Notes: generated by a model not told the origin, from the sequence alone. A stretch of 64,000 bases of DNA from an uncultured delta proteobacterium (GCA_963816395.1 CAWFKQ010000014.1:32001-96000), one strand, 5' to 3'. Shown: positions 44,302 to 55,352, counted from the stretch's first letter. Numbers and translations are program-made.

Positions 44302-45694
44302 TCACCAGTGACTACGCCCCTCGGGGTCCAGGGTCGGCGCCGAACCGCTACCGCCGCGGGTGTAGTAATCGCGATAGTCATATTCCTCGTCTTCTTGCGC
44401 CTTATCGATGGACCGCCTGGCGCGGTGTTCATCCTCCAGGTAGATGTTGCGGAACAGATCTTCCACAATCATGTTCAACTCTTCGACACTCTTGACCACC
44501 TCGACCTTGTCGCACCAGGCGCCATAGGTTTCGATCAGACAATCGCCCCGTTTCCATAAGGAGCGGTCTTCCGGAGTCAGCCAGAGCATGTAGCCGGCCT
44601 TATCGCGAATCTGCTCGAGCACCCAGTCGTTGGCCTTGTTGTAGTTATTGCGGGCGTCGCCGAGAAAAATCACCGCCGGCCTGCCGCGCAGGTTCTCGAG
44701 ATATTTATCTTTAAAGGTCAGGAAAACCTTGCCGTAGTCGCTGTTGTCGTCCAGGTTGACGATTTTGCCGCTGTCGATGTTTTCCATCATGGCGTTGATC
44801 GGTGAGTTGGTCAGCATTTCGGTGATTTCCGCCAATTCCGCGTTGAAGATGAAACTGCGGACATCCATCAATCGGTTGTGCAGGGTGTGCAGCAGCAACA
44901 GCATGAACTGTGACGCATGGCTGACGGAGAAGCTGACATCGCAGAGAACCACCAGCCGCGGTTTCTGCTTGCGTTTGCGGCGCAATTCCAGCTGAAACGG
45001 CACCATGCCGTTGCGATAGTTTTTCTGGATAGTGCGGATGACGTGGATCTTCCCGCGGTTCTCCCGGTTTTTTACCCGCCGGATATCCTTTTTCAGCCGC
45101 AGGATCATCCGCGATACCGCATCCTGCATCGCATCGACTTCCTGCTCGGTAAAAGTCACCTCCCGCTTCTGCCCGCTCGGGTCCTTGAAGGCCATGGTGA
45201 CCGGGTTTTGCGGCATGCGCATGGACGGCCTGGGAGCCTCCATCTTTCCCTGGAAGTTTCTCAGCCGGATCTGCATCTCCGATCCGTCCAGCTGATCGAG
45301 ATCGATTTCCCTGAGCCGCTGCAGATCCTTCAGGTCTTCCGGGCTCAGCCCGGCTTCCACCATCGCCAGCGACATCTTCTCGTTGACCATTTCAGGATTG
45401 GTGCCGAGCATCGCCTCCCCTTCCATGGTGATGATCGCCTCCTCCAGCAGATCGCCGGGATCAAGTCCCATGCCGGCCGGGTACCTGCGGAAAAACCGGT
45501 CGAAGACTTTATCGAAGACCGGGATGTCATTGACGTTCTTCACCAGCGTCAGGCGCAACAGGCTGCGCACCTGCCTGCGCCCTTCGAGCCCGCCGAGCGC
45601 TAGAGGCGCAAACCGCATCGAGGCTCTCGCCGGGAGAAACCCGCAGCCCTTCCTTTCTCAGGTCGGCGACAAATCTGCTGATGATGTCTTCCAT
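44302..45694 (-). CDS. VWA/CoxE-like (MadC-like) protein, frameshift near 45610
   Basis: LRKEGLRVSPGESLDA, MIDAS-like VLCDVSFSV, SDYGKVF, FLGDARNN, WLTPE. Confidence 0.88.
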
Positions 45695-45696
45695 GT

Positions 45697-46596
45697 TCAG
45701 GCCAGTTCTGCCGTAGCCAGCTCGACGACCTTCGACAAATCCGCATGGTGCTTGGAGATCACGCCAACCGTATTGGCCACCACTTCCGGCGTCAACCGGG
45801 TCACCTGCAGAATGGACAGCACTTCGGCCCAGTCGAGGGTCTCGGAGACGCTGGGCGGTTTGCGCAGATTCAGTTCGCGGGCCTTGCGCAGGAAACCGAT
45901 CATCTGGTGCGCCAGCTCTTCGCAGACCTCGGGAAAGCGCGCCCGAACGATGCGGACTTCCCGTTCCAGCTCCGGGTAATCGATGTAGAGATAGAGACAG
46001 CGCCGCCGCAGGGCGTCGGAGATCATGCGGGTACCGTTGCTGGTGAGGATCGCCAGCGGCTTGTTGATCGCTTCGATCACCCCCAGCTCCGGGATGGAGA
46101 CCTGGAAATCGCTCAGGCACTCCAGCAGCAGCGCTTCGAATTCATCGTCGGCACGGTCGATCTCGTCGATCAGCAGCACCGAGCGTTTCTCCGACAGGAA
46201 ACTGCGCAGCACCGGGCGCTGCACCAGGAAATTCCGGGAAAAGAACAGGCTTTCTTCGCTGGCCAGCCGCTCGACGGCATCGCGCAGGTCGGTGGCGGCG
46301 CACAGCTTGTTGTCGAGCTGGGTGCGCAGCATCTGGGTATAGAGCAGCTGCTTGCCGTATTCCCAATCGTAGAGGGCCTTGCCTTCGTCGATCCCCTCGT
46401 AGCACTGCAGGCGCACCAGCGGCAGGTCCATGACGTGCGCAAGGGTTTTCGCCAGGCCCGTCTTGCCGACCCCGGGCGGTCCCTCGATCAGGATCGGTTT
46501 CTCCATCCGCAGGGCGAGAAAAACCGCGGTGGCGATGGCCTCATCGGCAATGTACCCCCCGGAATGGAGGAGTTCTCTGACATTCTCTTCGGTCAT
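45697..46596 (-). CDS. MoxR-family AAA+ ATPase (CoxD/MadB-like)
   Basis: EGPPGVGKT, RLQCYEGID, LIDEIDRAD, SDALRRRC, KPPSVSETLDW. Confidence 0.92.
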   Translation of the reverse strand: MTEENVRELLHSGGYIADEAIATAVFLALRMEKPILIEGPPGVGKTGLAKTLAHVMDLPLVRLQCYEGIDEGKALYDWEYGKQLLYTQMLRTQLDNKLCAATDLRDAVERLASEESLFFSRNFLVQRPVLRSFLSEKRSVLLIDEIDRADDEFEALLLECLSDFQVSIPELGVIEAINKPLAILTSNGTRMISDALRRRCLYLYIDYPELEREVRIVRARFPEVCEELAHQMIGFLRKARELNLRKPPSVSETLDWAEVLSILQVTRLTPEVVANTVGVISKHHADLSKVVELATAELA

Positions 46597-46756
46597 CGTT
46601 TCTACCTCGTGGCATCCTGCAGTTTGAGTATCGGCGCTGGCTGGAACCCCGGAAGCCTAAAGCCCAAGTGAAATACGGGCTTAACTTCCAGATTGGATCT
46701 TGACCCGCGCGCATAAAAGTTGATGGAGTTCGGTTTTAACAGCTTTCAACCAACAT

Positions 46757-46806
46757 AAAAGGGCTGCCGGCGCCGGGAGTGGTGTTCCCAGAACCAGCAG
46801 CCCCTT
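46757..46806 (-). terminator. Terminator-like hairpin after the Fe-ADH gene
   Basis: AAAAGGGCTGC...GCAGCCCCTT. Confidence 0.55.
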
Positions 46807-46842
46807 ACTTCAGCTTATCAGAACATCAATCAAGGTGCGCTC

Positions 46843-48048
46843 TTACATGCAGCCCTTGAAAACGGCGCGCATATTGTCGAAACCGATATCCACGGGGTTG
46901 CCTTCGGAGCAGATATCCGCCGCCGCGAACTTGGACAGCCCGTCGAGGTCTTTCTCTTTCAGGCCGAGATCCCCGAACTTGGTGGTGATGCCGAGATCGT
47001 CCTTCAATTCCTGGACCAGGTCGATGAACTTCTCACCGGCCTTCATGTCCGACATGCCGTTGGTGTCGATTCCGGCGGCCCGCGCCATCATGGCGAAGCG
47101 CTCGGGACAGGCCGGCAGATTGAGGCGGCTGACGTCGACCAGGGCGATGGCGTTGCACAGTCCGTGCGGCGCATCATACAGCCCGCCCATGGCGTGGGCC
47201 ATGCTGTGCACGATCCCCAGGCCGGCGCTGTTGAAGCTGTAGGCGGCCGCCATCTCGGCCCAGACCATCTGCTCGATGGCCTTGTCGTTGTTGCGGTTGT
47301 TCGCCGACTGCCGCAGGTTGCCGAAGATCTCGGTGATCGCCCAGAGGCCGGGGCCGTAGGCCGACTGCACGCACAGACGCGAAGCAATCGCTTCCACCGC
47401 ATGGGTCAGCGCATCCATACCGGTGTAGGCCGCCAGGTTCTGCGGCATGCACTGGTGCAGCAGCGGGTCGTTGACCGACTTGCTCGGGGTGCAGTTGGGG
47501 TCGAACAGGGCCATTTTGTACATCTTCTCGGTGTGGTTGATGATCGAGAAGCAGGAGACTTCGGAGCCGGTCCCGGAAGTGGTGTTGATGGCGAGCTGAG
47601 GGATCTTGTTCGGCTTGGTCGCCTTGAAGGCCCCCTCAAAAGAGCGCACATCCTGACCGTCGTGGCTGTACACCAGCTTGATCGCCTTGCAGCAGTCAGT
47701 GGTGCTGCCGCCGCCGATGCTGATCAGACCGTCGAATTTACCGGCCGCCAGAACCTTGGCGCCTTCCATGACTTCGAAGTCTTTCGGGTTGGGAGTCGCC
47801 TTGGCATAGACCTCGGAAGCCACCCCGGCGTGCTTCAGCACCCCCTGGATCGTCTCGATAATCCCGGTGCCCCGCAGGCCGGTGGTGACGATCAGGGCGT
47901 TGGTCATACCCAGCGCCTTGGCATCGTTGCCGACCATGGTGTGCGCGCCCCAGCCGATGTTCACGGAAGGATAGGCGTGCTGCATTTTGATCGGGTATTC
48001 GGTTCTCGCTTGGCTAAGGGTCCGTTTGACATCTCTGAAATGTGGCAT
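46843..48048 (-). CDS. Iron-containing (group III) alcohol dehydrogenase, Mno/Mdo (NDMA-dependent nicotinoprotein)-like
   Basis: EYPIKMQHAYP..GWGAH, TTGLRGTGII, NPKDFEVMEG, GGGS, GTGSE, GLGIVHSMAH, HGLCNAI; strongly biased codon usage. Confidence 0.88.
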   Translation of the reverse strand: MPHFRDVKRTLSQARTEYPIKMQHAYPSVNIGWGAHTMVGNDAKALGMTNALIVTTGLRGTGIIETIQGVLKHAGVASEVYAKATPNPKDFEVMEGAKVLAAGKFDGLISIGGGSTTDCCKAIKLVYSHDGQDVRSFEGAFKATKPNKIPQLAINTTSGTGSEVSCFSIINHTEKMYKMALFDPNCTPSKSVNDPLLHQCMPQNLAAYTGMDALTHAVEAIASRLCVQSAYGPGLWAITEIFGNLRQSANNRNNDKAIEQMVWAEMAAAYSFNSAGLGIVHSMAHAMGGLYDAPHGLCNAIALVDVSRLNLPACPERFAMMARAAGIDTNGMSDMKAGEKFIDLVQELKDDLGITTKFGDLGLKEKDLDGLSKFAAADICSEGNPVDIGFDNMRAVFKGCM

Positions 48049-48228
48049 TGGGTGTCCTCCTTTGGGTGTTTTACGCTTCGTTGTTGGTACGGCACGGGTT
48101 TCTGACGGGTGAAAACAACCTTTTCCCCTTCTTTAATCCATCACCTCCTCTAACTATGTTTTACATCCATTATTTACCCCGAGGATGAATCGGTTTCAGC
48201 TCTCTCCGGAATCGCATTCAAAGACAAG

Positions 48229-48244
48229 AGCAAGGACGATGCCA
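48229..48244 (-). promoter_or_regulatory. sigma54 promoter of the Fe-ADH operon
   Basis: TGGCATCGTCCTTGCT on the minus strand. Confidence 0.8.
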
Positions 48245-48306
48245 AATACAAACATCGGTTTAAAGCTGGTAAAATCGGTGTTCGACCAAAGCGTTGGGAA
48301 CGGTGG

Positions 48307-48386
48307 CGGGGAAATATGAAACAAAAAGATGTTTTTGCGGGCCGGTCCGGGTAGGGATTTTATCCACAGTGGGGAAATTCACCCCG
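48307..48386. promoter_or_regulatory. Putative UAS array
   Basis: CGGGGAAATATGAAACA (48307), TAGGGATTTTATCCACA (48352), TGGGGAAATTCACCCCG (48370). Confidence 0.65.
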
Positions 48387-48414
48387 GCAGGGAAAGCGGT
48401 ACGGTGCGGAGGGA

Positions 48415-48561
<147 letters not shown>

Positions 48562-48570
48562 TTTTAGCTT

Positions 48571-49698
48571 CTATCCTTCCGGGGAGCGCTCGGAATTCTT
48601 CAGCCGGTAAACGGTTCGCCGCACCTCGCAGCGGTCGTCCGCCGCCAGCAGATCGCCGCAGCTCCCCCAGGCCCGGCCCATGCAGCCCCCGGCGCAGGCG
48701 AGGCGACCCGGACAGTCCCGGCACTGCGGCAGGGCGGCGAGCCGGCCCTGGCTGATCCGCTGCAGATCGGACCAGCGGGGCACTCCTTCAATCAGCGCCG
48801 CCGCCAGCCCCTTCTCGAAGACGCCGGAAACGGCGAAGTCGTCGGCGTGACACAGCACGCAGGGATAGAGCAGGCCGCTCGCCGTCAGGTAAGGGTTTTC
48901 CACGAAGGTGCAGCACTCCGCGCCGGCGGCATTCTCATTCCGCCATTCAAGCACCGCTATATTGCCGAGCTTCCGGTACAGCTCCCGGAACCGGGGGTCG
49001 GCATCGAAGCGCTGCAGCAGGCGGGTGTACTGGGACGGGAGGGCCGGTGCGAGCCGGCGGTCGGCGGCCGCCCGGCCGCAGGCGACCAGGGCGCCGCTGA
49101 CCACGGCAGCAACCCCGAGCTCTGCCGCCATTTCAAGAACGGCGGGGATTTCCTCCAGATTGTGCTGCATCTCGGTGAAGAAGAGGGTGACGCGCGGCGC
49201 CAGCCCGCCCCGCGCCAGCCGCCCCAATCCGTCCATTACCCCCGCGAAGGCCCCCGCTCCCCGCACCCGGTCATGGGTCGAGGCGGTCGCCCCGTCCAGG
49301 CTGACCTGCAGGGAGAGCCCCGGAAAATCGAACTCGCGCAGGGCCGAGACCGCCTCTGCCCCGAGGAGCATGCCGTTGGTTTGCACTCCGATACCGGCAA
49401 AACCGAGGCTTCGGGCGTGCCGCAGGAACTGCCGCCAGTGCGGGTGGCAGAGCGGTTCGCCGCCGGTGAAGCGGACCCCCTTGCCGCCAAGGGCCGCAAA
49501 CTCTTCCAGCAGGCGAATGACCTCCGCTTCCGGCACATGCGCGGCGGAGGACGCCAGGCCGGCGTCGACCCAGCAGTGGGAGCATTTGAGGTTGCAGACG
49601 CCGGTGATGGCGAGGGTCAGGGTTTTCGGGGCGCGCAGCTTCGCCGAATGCAGGACATCGAAGGCCGTCGGCCGGGTGCCGCTCTGTTCTTTCTGCAT
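48571..49698 (-). CDS. Radical SAM/SPASM protein (PqqE/MftC-like fold)
   Basis: CNLKCSHC, TGGEP, QVSLDG, ECC..YPC, CRDC..CAGGCMGR..DDRC. Confidence 0.88.
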   Translation of the reverse strand: MQKEQSGTRPTAFDVLHSAKLRAPKTLTLAITGVCNLKCSHCWVDAGLASSAAHVPEAEVIRLLEEFAALGGKGVRFTGGEPLCHPHWRQFLRHARSLGFAGIGVQTNGMLLGAEAVSALREFDFPGLSLQVSLDGATASTHDRVRGAGAFAGVMDGLGRLARGGLAPRVTLFFTEMQHNLEEIPAVLEMAAELGVAAVVSGALVACGRAAADRRLAPALPSQYTRLLQRFDADPRFRELYRKLGNIAVLEWRNENAAGAECCTFVENPYLTASGLLYPCVLCHADDFAVSGVFEKGLAAALIEGVPRWSDLQRISQGRLAALPQCRDCPGRLACAGGCMGRAWGSCGDLLAADDRCEVRRTVYRLKNSERSPEG

Positions 49699-49732
49699 CC
49701 TTTTACCGCGGCAAATGCGCTCCTCGAAAAAG

Positions 49733-49812
49733 TGGGGAGTATTCGGACATCAGGAGTGTCACCCGGTCGAAAAGGGGTGGGTAATTTGTCTACACCGGGG
49801 AGATTCTCCCCA
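49733..49812. promoter_or_regulatory. Putative UAS array
   Basis: TGGGGAGTATTCGGACA (49733), TGGGTAATTTGTCTACA (49778), CGGGGAGATTCTCCCCA (49796); same 45/18-bp spacing as at 48307. Confidence 0.65.
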
Positions 49813-49840
49813 TCGCTGGGGTCGCCTCCCGCTTGCTGTT

Positions 49841-51235
49841 TCACTCCCCCCCGGCAGGGGACAGGCCGAACCGCTCCAGCTTGGTGTAGAGCGTCTTGCG
49901 GTCGATCTCCAGGATCTTGGCGGCACGGCTCTTGTTCCCCTCGACCTTTTCCATAACCCTGAGGATATGTTCCCGCTCCACCATCCACAGCGGCACGGGT
50001 TCAGCGGCGGGACCGGGCGGGGCGGAGCCGTTGCCGGGCTTCGGGAGGGGCATCCGCGCCGGCGCGAAGGGGAGGAGGTCGACGGTAATCACCGGCTCCA
50101 GGGCCAGGATGCAGGCCCGGCGGATGATATTGCGCAGCTCGCGGATGTTGCCGGGCCAGTCATGGGCGCAGAGCGCCGCCATCGCCTCCTCGGTAATCTC
50201 CCATTCTTCGGGGCGCTCGCTGCAGCTCGGGAGAAAATACATCACCAGCGGCGGGATGTCTTCCGGCCGCTCGCGCAGCGGCGCCAGGTTGATCGGCAGC
50301 AGGTTGATCCGGTGGTAGAGATCTTCGCGGAAATCGCCGCGCGCCACGCAGTCCTGCAGACTCTTGTTGGAGGCGAAGACGAAACGCACATCGACGCTGA
50401 TGTCCCGATTCCCCCCGAGCCGGCGAAAGGTACCCGTCTCCAGCACCCGCAGGAGCTTGACCTGCACGTCGAGAGGCATTTCCGAGACTTCGTCCATGAA
50501 CAGGGTGCCGGTGTCCGCCAGTTCGAAAAGACCCGCGCGCCCCTTGACCGCGCCGGTATAGGCCCCCTGCATATGGCCGAACAGTTCGCTCTCGGCGGTA
50601 TTGACGTTGAGCCGTCCACAGTTCACCGTCATGAACGGCTTGTTCACCCGCCGGCTGGCATCGTGCACAGCGCGGGCGACGAGTTCCTTGCCGGTGCCGC
50701 TCTCGCCGAAAATCAGCACATGCTCGTCGACCGGACCCCAGCGCTTCACCGTTTCCAGCACCCGCTTGATCGCCGGGCTGCGGCCGATGATCTTGGTGTT
50801 ATCCAGCTTCTTGAATTCCATGCGCAGGCTGATGTTCTCCAGGCGCAGCCGGTTCTTCTCGATCGCCTTGTCGAGCACCAGCTCCAGCTCATCGAGCTTC
50901 ACCGGCTTGGTCAGGTAATCGTAGGCGCCCAGCTTGATGCATTCGACGGCGGTTTCGATGTTCCCGTGCCCGGTGAACATGATGATCTCCGGAACATTCG
51001 ATTCCGCCCGCATCTGCCGAAGGATCTCCACGCCATCGGCGTCCGGCATCCGGATATCGAGAAGAACCACGTTGTAGATCTCCTCCCGGAAGCGCTCCAG
51101 ACCCTCGTGACCGCCGCACGCCACCTGGATTTTGTAGCCGCTGCGGGTCAACTCCGCCTTGAGCAGGTCGCGCAGTGGCTCCTCGTCCTCGACGATCAGA
51201 ACTTTCGCATTCCTTTCCGCTATTTTTCCTGACAT
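49841..51235 (-). CDS. sigma54-dependent response regulator (NtrC family)
   Basis: Receiver domain, [37 protein letters not shown], Fis HTH. Confidence 0.95.
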   Translation of the reverse strand: MSGKIAERNAKVLIVEDEEPLRDLLKAELTRSGYKIQVACGGHEGLERFREEIYNVVLLDIRMPDADGVEILRQMRAESNVPEIIMFTGHGNIETAVECIKLGAYDYLTKPVKLDELELVLDKAIEKNRLRLENISLRMEFKKLDNTKIIGRSPAIKRVLETVKRWGPVDEHVLIFGESGTGKELVARAVHDASRRVNKPFMTVNCGRLNVNTAESELFGHMQGAYTGAVKGRAGLFELADTGTLFMDEVSEMPLDVQVKLLRVLETGTFRRLGGNRDISVDVRFVFASNKSLQDCVARGDFREDLYHRINLLPINLAPLRERPEDIPPLVMYFLPSCSERPEEWEITEEAMAALCAHDWPGNIRELRNIIRRACILALEPVITVDLLPFAPARMPLPKPGNGSAPPGPAAEPVPLWMVEREHILRVMEKVEGNKSRAAKILEIDRKTLYTKLERFGLSPAGGE

Positions 51236-52434
51236 GCCGGCAATCTCACCGTAAAAAGGGTTCCTTTTCCTATTACGCTTTCAACCTCGATTTCGCCCTG
51301 ATGTTTCTTGATGATGTTGTAGGTTACCGCCAGCCCCAGGCCGAGTCCCTGCCCCACCGATTTGGTGGTGAAGAAGGGATTCCAGATCTGGTCGATCATT
51401 TCGGCGGGAATGCCGCAACCGCTGTCGCGGACGGCGGCAAGCACCTGGCCATGGTCGGCAGAGGTGATGATCTCGACCAGCCCGCAGCTTTCGATTGCCT
51501 GCAGCGCATTCATGATCAGATTCATGAACACCTGGCGCAGCGCCGAAGGATCGCCCTGCACCGGCGGCAGCGCCGCGCCCGGCTGGAAGCGGAGCTCGAT
51601 CCGCTCGAACCGGGATTTGTGGCGAACCAGCTCGAGAATTTCCTCGATCAACTCATTCAGGGCGATGGCGCGAGGAATGCCGTCCGACTTGCGGCTGAAG
51701 GTCAGCAGGCTGTCGATGATCCCCTTGCAGCGGTAGGCTTCCCGGATGATGACCTGCAGATAATGGGGGAAATCCTCCAGGCGGGGGTCCTCCTGCAGCG
51801 CCGGGTCGGCGCGCAACCGGCGCTGCAGCGCCTCGGCATAGCCGGCGACTGAATTCAGGGGGTTGTTGATCTCATGGGCGACCCCCGCCGCCAGCACTCC
51901 GATGCTGGACATCTTTTCCGCCTGCAGCAGTTGCAGCTCCTGATTGCGCTTTTCCGTGACATCGCGGAGAAAGAGCAGCGCCCGGTTCTTGCCGAAGGGA
52001 TCCTGGATGGGGGTGGCGATGATATCGAAATGGCGCGGCCGGCCGCTGTCCCCGGGAAAAGTCATGGACAGATGCCACTGTTCTCCCTCCTGGGCTTTTT
52101 CCACCGGACAACTTGCCGCCGCTCTGGCCTTGTCCGGATGAAACAGGTGCCGGCACGACTTGCCGACCATCGTTTCGGCGGGAAAGAGCCGGGCGCAGAC
52201 ATGGTTGCGGTGCTGGATGAAACCATTGCTGTCGAAAACGATCAGACCGTCGCTGATGGCGTCGAAAACCGCCTGGAGCTCGCTTTTTTTGGTTCGCAGC
52301 CCCAGGTTGGCCGCTTCGAGCTCCTGGATCTTCTGCTTTACTTCGGCATAGAAGCCGATCTTGGAACTGTGCAGCCCGAGCAGCTGATCCAGCGATTGCT
52401 CATCGACATGGGTAACCCGGGAATCGTCTTTCAA
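51220..52434 (-). CDS. PAS sensor histidine kinase, ErcS/MnoS-like N-terminus
   Basis: TTG start overlapping the upstream stop; [35 protein letters not shown]. Confidence 0.9.
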   Translation of the reverse strand: MKDDSRVTHVDEQSLDQLLGLHSSKIGFYAEVKQKIQELEAANLGLRTKKSELQAVFDAISDGLIVFDSNGFIQHRNHVCARLFPAETMVGKSCRHLFHPDKARAAASCPVEKAQEGEQWHLSMTFPGDSGRPRHFDIIATPIQDPFGKNRALLFLRDVTEKRNQELQLLQAEKMSSIGVLAAGVAHEINNPLNSVAGYAEALQRRLRADPALQEDPRLEDFPHYLQVIIREAYRCKGIIDSLLTFSRKSDGIPRAIALNELIEEILELVRHKSRFERIELRFQPGAALPPVQGDPSALRQVFMNLIMNALQAIESCGLVEIITSADHGQVLAAVRDSGCGIPAEMIDQIWNPFFTTKSVGQGLGLGLAVTYNIIKKHQGEIEVESVIGKGTLFTVRLPACQEK

Positions 52435-53636
52435 AAGGCCCTCTCCAGAATATTCTGCAGATCGGTTGCCTCGGCGGTGCGCGGGGAGGTGAGAAGACAA
52501 ATGTCCTGCGTGGCCTTGCGGGCGAGTTCGGGCAGATCTTCGCGCCGGACCCCGAGGGTGCGCAGGCTGCGGGGCGCTCCGCCGGCATCGAGGAGAGCTT
52601 CGATGGTGTCCTGCGCCATCTCCCCGGCGCCGCGCAGATCGCCATTGACCTTATGGCCGAGGGCGGCGGCCAGTTCGGGAAGCTTTTCCGTCACCACCGG
52701 GATATCGTAGCGCAGCACCTGCGGCAGCAGCACGGCATTGACGCTGCCGTGATTGGTGTCATAGAGCCCACCGATGGGGTGCGCCAGGGCATGGACGATT
52801 CCCAGCAGGGAGTTGGAAAAGGCCATCCCGGCGTGCAGGCTAGCCCGCGCCAGGTTCTCCAGGTCCGGCGCCCGGCGTTCCCGGACCGCGGCGACGAAAC
52901 TTTTCTCGATCAGGCGCAGCGCCCGCAAGGCATTGACATCGGTGAGGCTGGAGGAAGCGATGGAGAAAAAGGCCTCGACGGCGTGGCTCATGGCATCGGT
53001 GGCGGTGGTGCAGACGTATTCGTCCGGCAGCGTTTCCAGGGTATCCGGATCGGTGAGGCTGATGTCCGGCGCGACGCAGCGGCTCATCAGGGTCATCTTG
53101 CAGAGCCGTTCCGTATCGCTGACGATGGCGAACTGCGACACATCGGAGCCGGTGCCGCAGGTGGTCGGACAAAGGACGGTGGGGGGGAGCGGCCGGTGGA
53201 TCCGGTCCGACCCGACGTAGTCGCGGATCGCCCCGCCGTTCGACACCAGGATGGCGATCCCCTTGGCGGCGTCCATGGCGCTGCCGCCGCCCAGCCCGAC
53301 AATGACGTCGGCGCCGTGCCGGATATATTCCCGCGCCCCCTCTTCGACCTCGAAATCCTTTGGGTTGGAGGTGATCTGGTCGAAATAGACGAAACCCAGG
53401 CCGGCCGCGAGCAAACTCTTCATGACCTTGTCGACCCATCCGGCCTCGAAGAGCCCCTGATCGCTGACCAGGAAAATCTTCTTGCCGCCGAGCCGCCGGG
53501 CGCAGGACCCCACCTGGCCGAGCAGACCGCGGCCGAAGATGATCTCCGGGACCTCAAACTTGCAGTGGTGATAAGCCGGCCGGGTCGGAACCGCCTCTTC
53601 TATTTTTCTGTTTTCCGCCAAGGAGAGATCTCCCAT
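52431..53636 (-). CDS. ErcA-like iron-containing alcohol dehydrogenase-family protein
   Basis: KFEVPEIIFGRG, NPKDFEV, GGGSAMD, GTGSDVSQFA, GIVHALAH; translationally coupled to the kinase. Confidence 0.85.
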   Translation of the reverse strand: MGDLSLAENRKIEEAVPTRPAYHHCKFEVPEIIFGRGLLGQVGSCARRLGGKKIFLVSDQGLFEAGWVDKVMKSLLAAGLGFVYFDQITSNPKDFEVEEGAREYIRHGADVIVGLGGGSAMDAAKGIAILVSNGGAIRDYVGSDRIHRPLPPTVLCPTTCGTGSDVSQFAIVSDTERLCKMTLMSRCVAPDISLTDPDTLETLPDEYVCTTATDAMSHAVEAFFSIASSSLTDVNALRALRLIEKSFVAAVRERRAPDLENLARASLHAGMAFSNSLLGIVHALAHPIGGLYDTNHGSVNAVLLPQVLRYDIPVVTEKLPELAAALGHKVNGDLRGAGEMAQDTIEALLDAGGAPRSLRTLGVRREDLPELARKATQDICLLTSPRTAEATDLQNILERAF

Positions 53637-53756
53637 TTCCGGAGGAAAGGAAAGTTATTGTTTTTCTGTCATAAATACTTGTAGCAATTCTTGTGCCCTG
53701 AAGTCAAACGGAGTTTTAAATTTTTTCTTGCAATCCTTCGCCCGGCAATGCGGAAG

Positions 53757-53998
53757 TGCGAATATTTTCCCCGCTGTAGAGGACTTCCCCACTGTCGCCG
53801 ACATCCCCTCCTGCTCCGCTTCGGGTGAGACTCGGCGGCGCGCCAACCGCTTGCAGACGATGTTGCCGAAAATCGCAAGTGTCTGTCAGATCGATATTCT
53901 TCCCCCGCTGCCGACGCCGTGCCACAGATCCTTTCGCCGCTGCCGGGCACTTCCCCATGCCGGCACGAGAATAGAAAACCCTATCCCATTATTCCCCA
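53757..53998. promoter_or_regulatory. Putative UAS sites in the divergent intergenic region
   Basis: TGCGAATATTTTCCCCG (53757), TGTAGAGGACTTCCCCA (53775), TGCCGGGCACTTCCCCA (53941), TATCCCATTATTCCCCA (53982). Confidence 0.6.
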
Positions 53999-54072
53999 CC
54001 TTAAATTCTGGTCCAGTGTTATTTTCTTTGCAAATACAATCATTTGCATTCAAAACCGCTGTTTTATTGCCT

Positions 54073-54088
54073 TGGCACCCTGGTTGCA
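54073..54088 (+). promoter_or_regulatory. sigma54 promoter
   Basis: TGGCACCCTGGTTGCA. Confidence 0.85.
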
Positions 54089-54351
54089 GATGTCGCTCTA
54101 GACGACCACCCATGGGAAGCAACGGCAGCACTTTAGATTTCCATTTCCATCCAAAAGGAGGCAAATCGAAGAGGAAAATCACTTTCACTGTGCTGTTTTC
54201 TGCGCTTCCGGCCGGGCACCCGCTAAGGCGAGCTTCACGACGGAAACGATAACGCTCCAGCCGTAGGTACCTTGTTTTACCGGTGACCGGCACGAGCTGT
54301 GCCGGTATGCGCAACGACACCCCACCATCACTGGCCTGAAAGGAGACAACC

Positions 54352-54624
54352 ATGCCCAAGTACGTCATCGAGCGGGACATCCCCGGAGCGGGGAATCTGA
54401 CCCCGGCCGATCTGCAGGCGATTTCGCAGAAATCGTGCGGGGTCCTGAACAACCTCGGCCCGCAGATCCAGTGGGTACAGAGCTACGTTACCGCCGACAA
54501 AATTTATTGCGTCTACATCGCCCCCAATGAGGCGATGGTGCGCGAGCACGCAATCCAAGGCGGGTTTCCCGCCAACCGCATCTCGGAAATCAGGTCCGTG
54601 ATTGATCCAACCACGGCTGAATAG
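54352..54624 (+). CDS. DUF4242 domain protein
   Basis: MPKYVIERDIPGAG...IQWVQSYVT..KIYCVYIAP..HA..GGFPANRI. Confidence 0.88.
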   Translation: MPKYVIERDIPGAGNLTPADLQAISQKSCGVLNNLGPQIQWVQSYVTADKIYCVYIAPNEAMVREHAIQGGFPANRISEIRSVIDPTTAE

Positions 54625-54685
54625 GCTCTGCCCACCGACAACAAAGGCGGTCGGAAAAGAGAAAAATCACTCAAGGAGAAGAAAA

Positions 54686-55216
54686 ATGACCTTAGCTCTT
54701 CTGGTTCTGATCAGCATCATGTGGGTCCCCGTCGGTCTGTTTTTCCTGGGCTACGGCGAAGCCAAAACGACCGGCTTTGTCAGTGCGGTAGTAGGCGTAC
54801 TCGTTGTGCTGGGGGCAACTCTTCAGGCGGCGGTTTTCACCGATCCCTTTACCGCCGGGCTGCTCTTCGTCTTCGGCGTGCTCTATATCCAGACCGGGCA
54901 TGCCCTGATGACGGGGGTGACGGATCTGCGTACCGTCGGCAATGGCGCTTTGCTGGTCGGTATCGTTTGTGCCGTTTATGCCTATTTCTATGCAACCGGT
55001 GGCGGCGTCAAGCCCGACGGTCAGACCTTCATCGGCGTCGCTCCCTATCTGGCATTCATGAACATTACATTCGTCGTCATCTGTTTTACCGTTACCGGCG
55101 TGACATACGGAAAGGTCAATGCAAAGATCGCCGCGGTGATGTTCCTGGTCCTGAGTGGCACTTGCCTGCTGGTCCCGGCTTTCAGCCTCATGGGTTACGG
55201 CCGGCTGCCATTCTAA
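54686..55216 (+). CDS. AmiS/UreI-like small-solute channel
   Basis: 176 aa with about 6 hydrophobic helices; AGLLFVFGVLY and DLRTVGN resemble AmiS/UreI motifs. Confidence 0.6.
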   Translation: MTLALLVLISIMWVPVGLFFLGYGEAKTTGFVSAVVGVLVVLGATLQAAVFTDPFTAGLLFVFGVLYIQTGHALMTGVTDLRTVGNGALLVGIVCAVYAYFYATGGGVKPDGQTFIGVAPYLAFMNITFVVICFTVTGVTYGKVNAKIAAVMFLVLSGTCLLVPAFSLMGYGRLPF

Positions 55217-55352
55217 TCGTCTAATCTTGCCCGTCCGGCGCGTCGACTGCCGTCATTCTGGCTGATGGCTGATGGCCAAGTGAATCCTGGCGTTTTAATT
55301 CATCTTGCAGTCAGCGGCTACCCTGCCCTGGCCTGTTTGGAAAGGAGATTTT

